Source: an uncultured delta proteobacterium (GTDB lineage: Bacteria; Desulfobacterota; Binatia; UBA9968). Taken from it: 64,000 bases of DNA. This document shows, one piece after another, positions 62,205-64,000 of this stretch. The position numbers were made by a program, and so were the translations under genes. Under the pieces are notes generated by a model, which ran no database searches, was not told the DNA's origin, and saw nothing but the letters and a program-made list of their open reading frames with translations. The DNA lies in contig CAVUVW010000014.1 of NCBI GenBank assembly GCA_963745035.1, positions 768,001 through 832,000 of the forward strand, in the 5' to 3' direction. Within the stretch, counting starts at the first letter, position 1, and each line of letters begins with the position of its first letter.

Positions 62205-63326
62205 ATGGCAAACTCAAACGATCCGTTCGCCGCTCGCCCGATGGACGAAGTAAAAAAGGAACTGCACGAGCGCGCCAAGCACAATCGAAATCCGTTTCTT
62301 TACACGCTATACGACGAGGTCGCGCCGGTGATCGACGGCCTCGAGTCGGTGGATCGCGAGGCCTGGGCCAGTGACTTCGGCGCGCTGGCGGCGCGCCATG
62401 AAGAGCGCGCCGCGAAAGCGGAGGCCGGCGGCGACGGCGATACGGCGCGAAAGGAATATCTGATCGCCTACGATTGTTACCACGTCGCCCGCTATCCCGC
62501 GCCGAACTCGCCCGGCAAGCGGGCCGCCTATAAAAAGTCGCAGGAAAATTTCCACAAAGCGGCACGCTACTTCGACCCGCCCCTCGAGCGCGTGGAGATG
62601 CCATTCAAGGGGCGCGCCGGCGAGGGCCGGGCTTCGATCGGTCTTCTACGCAAGCCCAAGGGAGTTGCCCGGCCGCCGGTTGTGGCAATTTGGGGCGGCA
62701 TCGACGCATTCAAAGAAGAGCGCCCGAGCGATCCTTATCTTCGCGCCGGGTTGGCGACTCTGTGCATCGATATGCCCGGCGTCGCCGACGCGCCGCTGCC
62801 CGGCTCGGAGAACGCCGAGCGGCTGTGGGACGCCGTGTTCGACTACATCGCCGGCCGGTCCGATTTGGATGCGAACAGAGTCGGCATTCACGGCGGCAGC
62901 ACGGGCGGCTACTGGGCGACCAAAGTCGCGCACACACATAGCGAGCGATTGCGCGCGGCGGTGAATCAGGGCGGCCCGGCGCATTTCGCGTTTCAAAAGG
63001 ACTGGATCGCCAAGGCGCAGCGCGGCGAATACCCGTTCGAGCTTGCCGAAACTTTGGCATGTGCGTTCGATCGATCGTCGGGCGAGGAATGGATCGAATA
63101 CGCGCCGCAGTTGTCGCTTCTCACCCAGGGGATTCTCGACCGGCCCTGCGCGCCGCTGCTCTGCGTCAACGGCGTGAACGACACGGTCTTCCCGATCGCC
63201 GACATGCACCTCCTGCTCGAACACGGACGGCCGAAATCGACCCGTTTCTACCCGGGCGGCCATATGGGCGGCGGTAATGCGCAGTCGATGATCATCGACT
63301 GGCTGAAAGAAAAGCTTATGGCGTGA
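62205..63326 (+). CDS. alpha/beta hydrolase (FrsA/2,6-dihydroxypseudooxynicotine hydrolase-like)
   Basis: GGIDAFKEE, IDMPG, GGSTGGYWA, D..FP, GHMG. Confidence 0.85.
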   Translation: MANSNDPFAARPMDEVKKELHERAKHNRNPFLYTLYDEVAPVIDGLESVDREAWASDFGALAARHEERAAKAEAGGDGDTARKEYLIAYDCYHVARYPAPNSPGKRAAYKKSQENFHKAARYFDPPLERVEMPFKGRAGEGRASIGLLRKPKGVARPPVVAIWGGIDAFKEERPSDPYLRAGLATLCIDMPGVADAPLPGSENAERLWDAVFDYIAGRSDLDANRVGIHGGSTGGYWATKVAHTHSERLRAAVNQGGPAHFAFQKDWIAKAQRGEYPFELAETLACAFDRSSGEEWIEYAPQLSLLTQGILDRPCAPLLCVNGVNDTVFPIADMHLLLEHGRPKSTRFYPGGHMGGGNAQSMIIDWLKEKLMA

Positions 63327-63372
63327 TCGGCGGCTTACAAAAAAGGATTTTCGGTTGCGCCTCCCGAGCAGG

Positions 63373-63879
63373 TTATCGGCGCTGAATTTGTTGCTGATGA
63401 CGCAGGCCGTTCAAGTCCTGCTGGGTCTGATTGCGGCGGATCTGGTCTTGCAGGGAATCGATGCGCTGCTGGCGCTGTAAACTATCGATTTGCTGTTGCT
63501 GTCGCAGCGGCTGGGATTCGCGCTGAATTCGATTCAATTGCTGCTCGGTTTGCAAGCGCTGGAGCTGTTGGTCGTTGCGCAACTGGTCGAGTTGTCGCTG
63601 GTTCTCGATCGTTTGCCCCGGCGCGGGAGAAGGCTTACGGATCTCCGCCTGATCGAGCTCGCGCTGCAGTTGTTGGTTTTCGCGCTCGCGCCGCAGATTC
63701 TCCAACTGCTCCAGGCGCCGCAGCTCTTTCAGTTTTTCCTCCCGGCGCGCTTTGGTCTGTTCCTGGAGAACCTCTTCGAGCTGGTCGGCCGCGGCGAAAA
63801 CGGCCTTTGGCGTGTATAAAAAGGAGGCGACAAACAAGACCAGCAGCACGCGTACGGGCATTTTTATTAGCTTACTCAC
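63373..63879 (-). CDS. secreted Gln/Arg/Glu-rich coiled-coil protein
   Basis: Signal peptide, then repetitive QQQ(I/L)D.LQ segments. Confidence 0.7.
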   Translation of the reverse strand: MSKLIKMPVRVLLVLFVASFLYTPKAVFAAADQLEEVLQEQTKARREEKLKELRRLEQLENLRRERENQQLQRELDQAEIRKPSPAPGQTIENQRQLDQLRNDQQLQRLQTEQQLNRIQRESQPLRQQQQIDSLQRQQRIDSLQDQIRRNQTQQDLNGLRHQQQIQRR

Positions 63880-64000
63880 ACGTTCATCAAACCAAATTAC
63901 CGCGCCGATGGCAACATGGAAAAATCCACGAGTTTGTCCGCCTCCAGGTTTTCCGGTATCGGCCGTTCTTCACGCAGGAGAGTCAAGTAGCCGCGCACTT

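Overview
GC-rich bacterial chromosomal window. Gene content and intergenic repeats are reminiscent of Candidatus Binatia/Deltaproteobacteria-like soil MAGs; this is inference, not proven. Bases 1-3514 are core-like: an FAH-family hydrolase, a TPP riboswitch, thiS-thiG-thiE, a small membrane protein and tRNA-Thr(CGT). Right after the tRNA lies the C-terminal stub of a tyrosine integrase. About 58 kb of mosaic accessory DNA follows (~3515-61800), ending at a transposase-element end fused to a 5'-truncated ABC-2 permease gene. The mosaic consists of small cargo blocks: aromatic/heterocycle catabolism, cupins, VOC proteins, DUF899 genes, HD-GYP and histidine-kinase signalling, a TTT transporter and a Rieske oxygenase. 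The blocks are separated by gene-tail remnants, diverged direct repeats and six same-strand fragments of a REP-associated (Y1/HUH) transposase that share breakpoints. The best candidate new system is a partner-switching locus with two STAS proteins, a HAMP-PP2C and an RsbW-like kinase, and no sigma factor in the window. Embedded in it is an NCS2-family permease with altered ligand residues and a C-terminal degenerate RsbW-like (HATPase) domain, possibly a STAS-gated transporter or transceptor. About a dozen single-base frameshifts, one in core thiG, suggest long-read consensus errors, so frameshift-only pseudogene calls should be treated cautiously.
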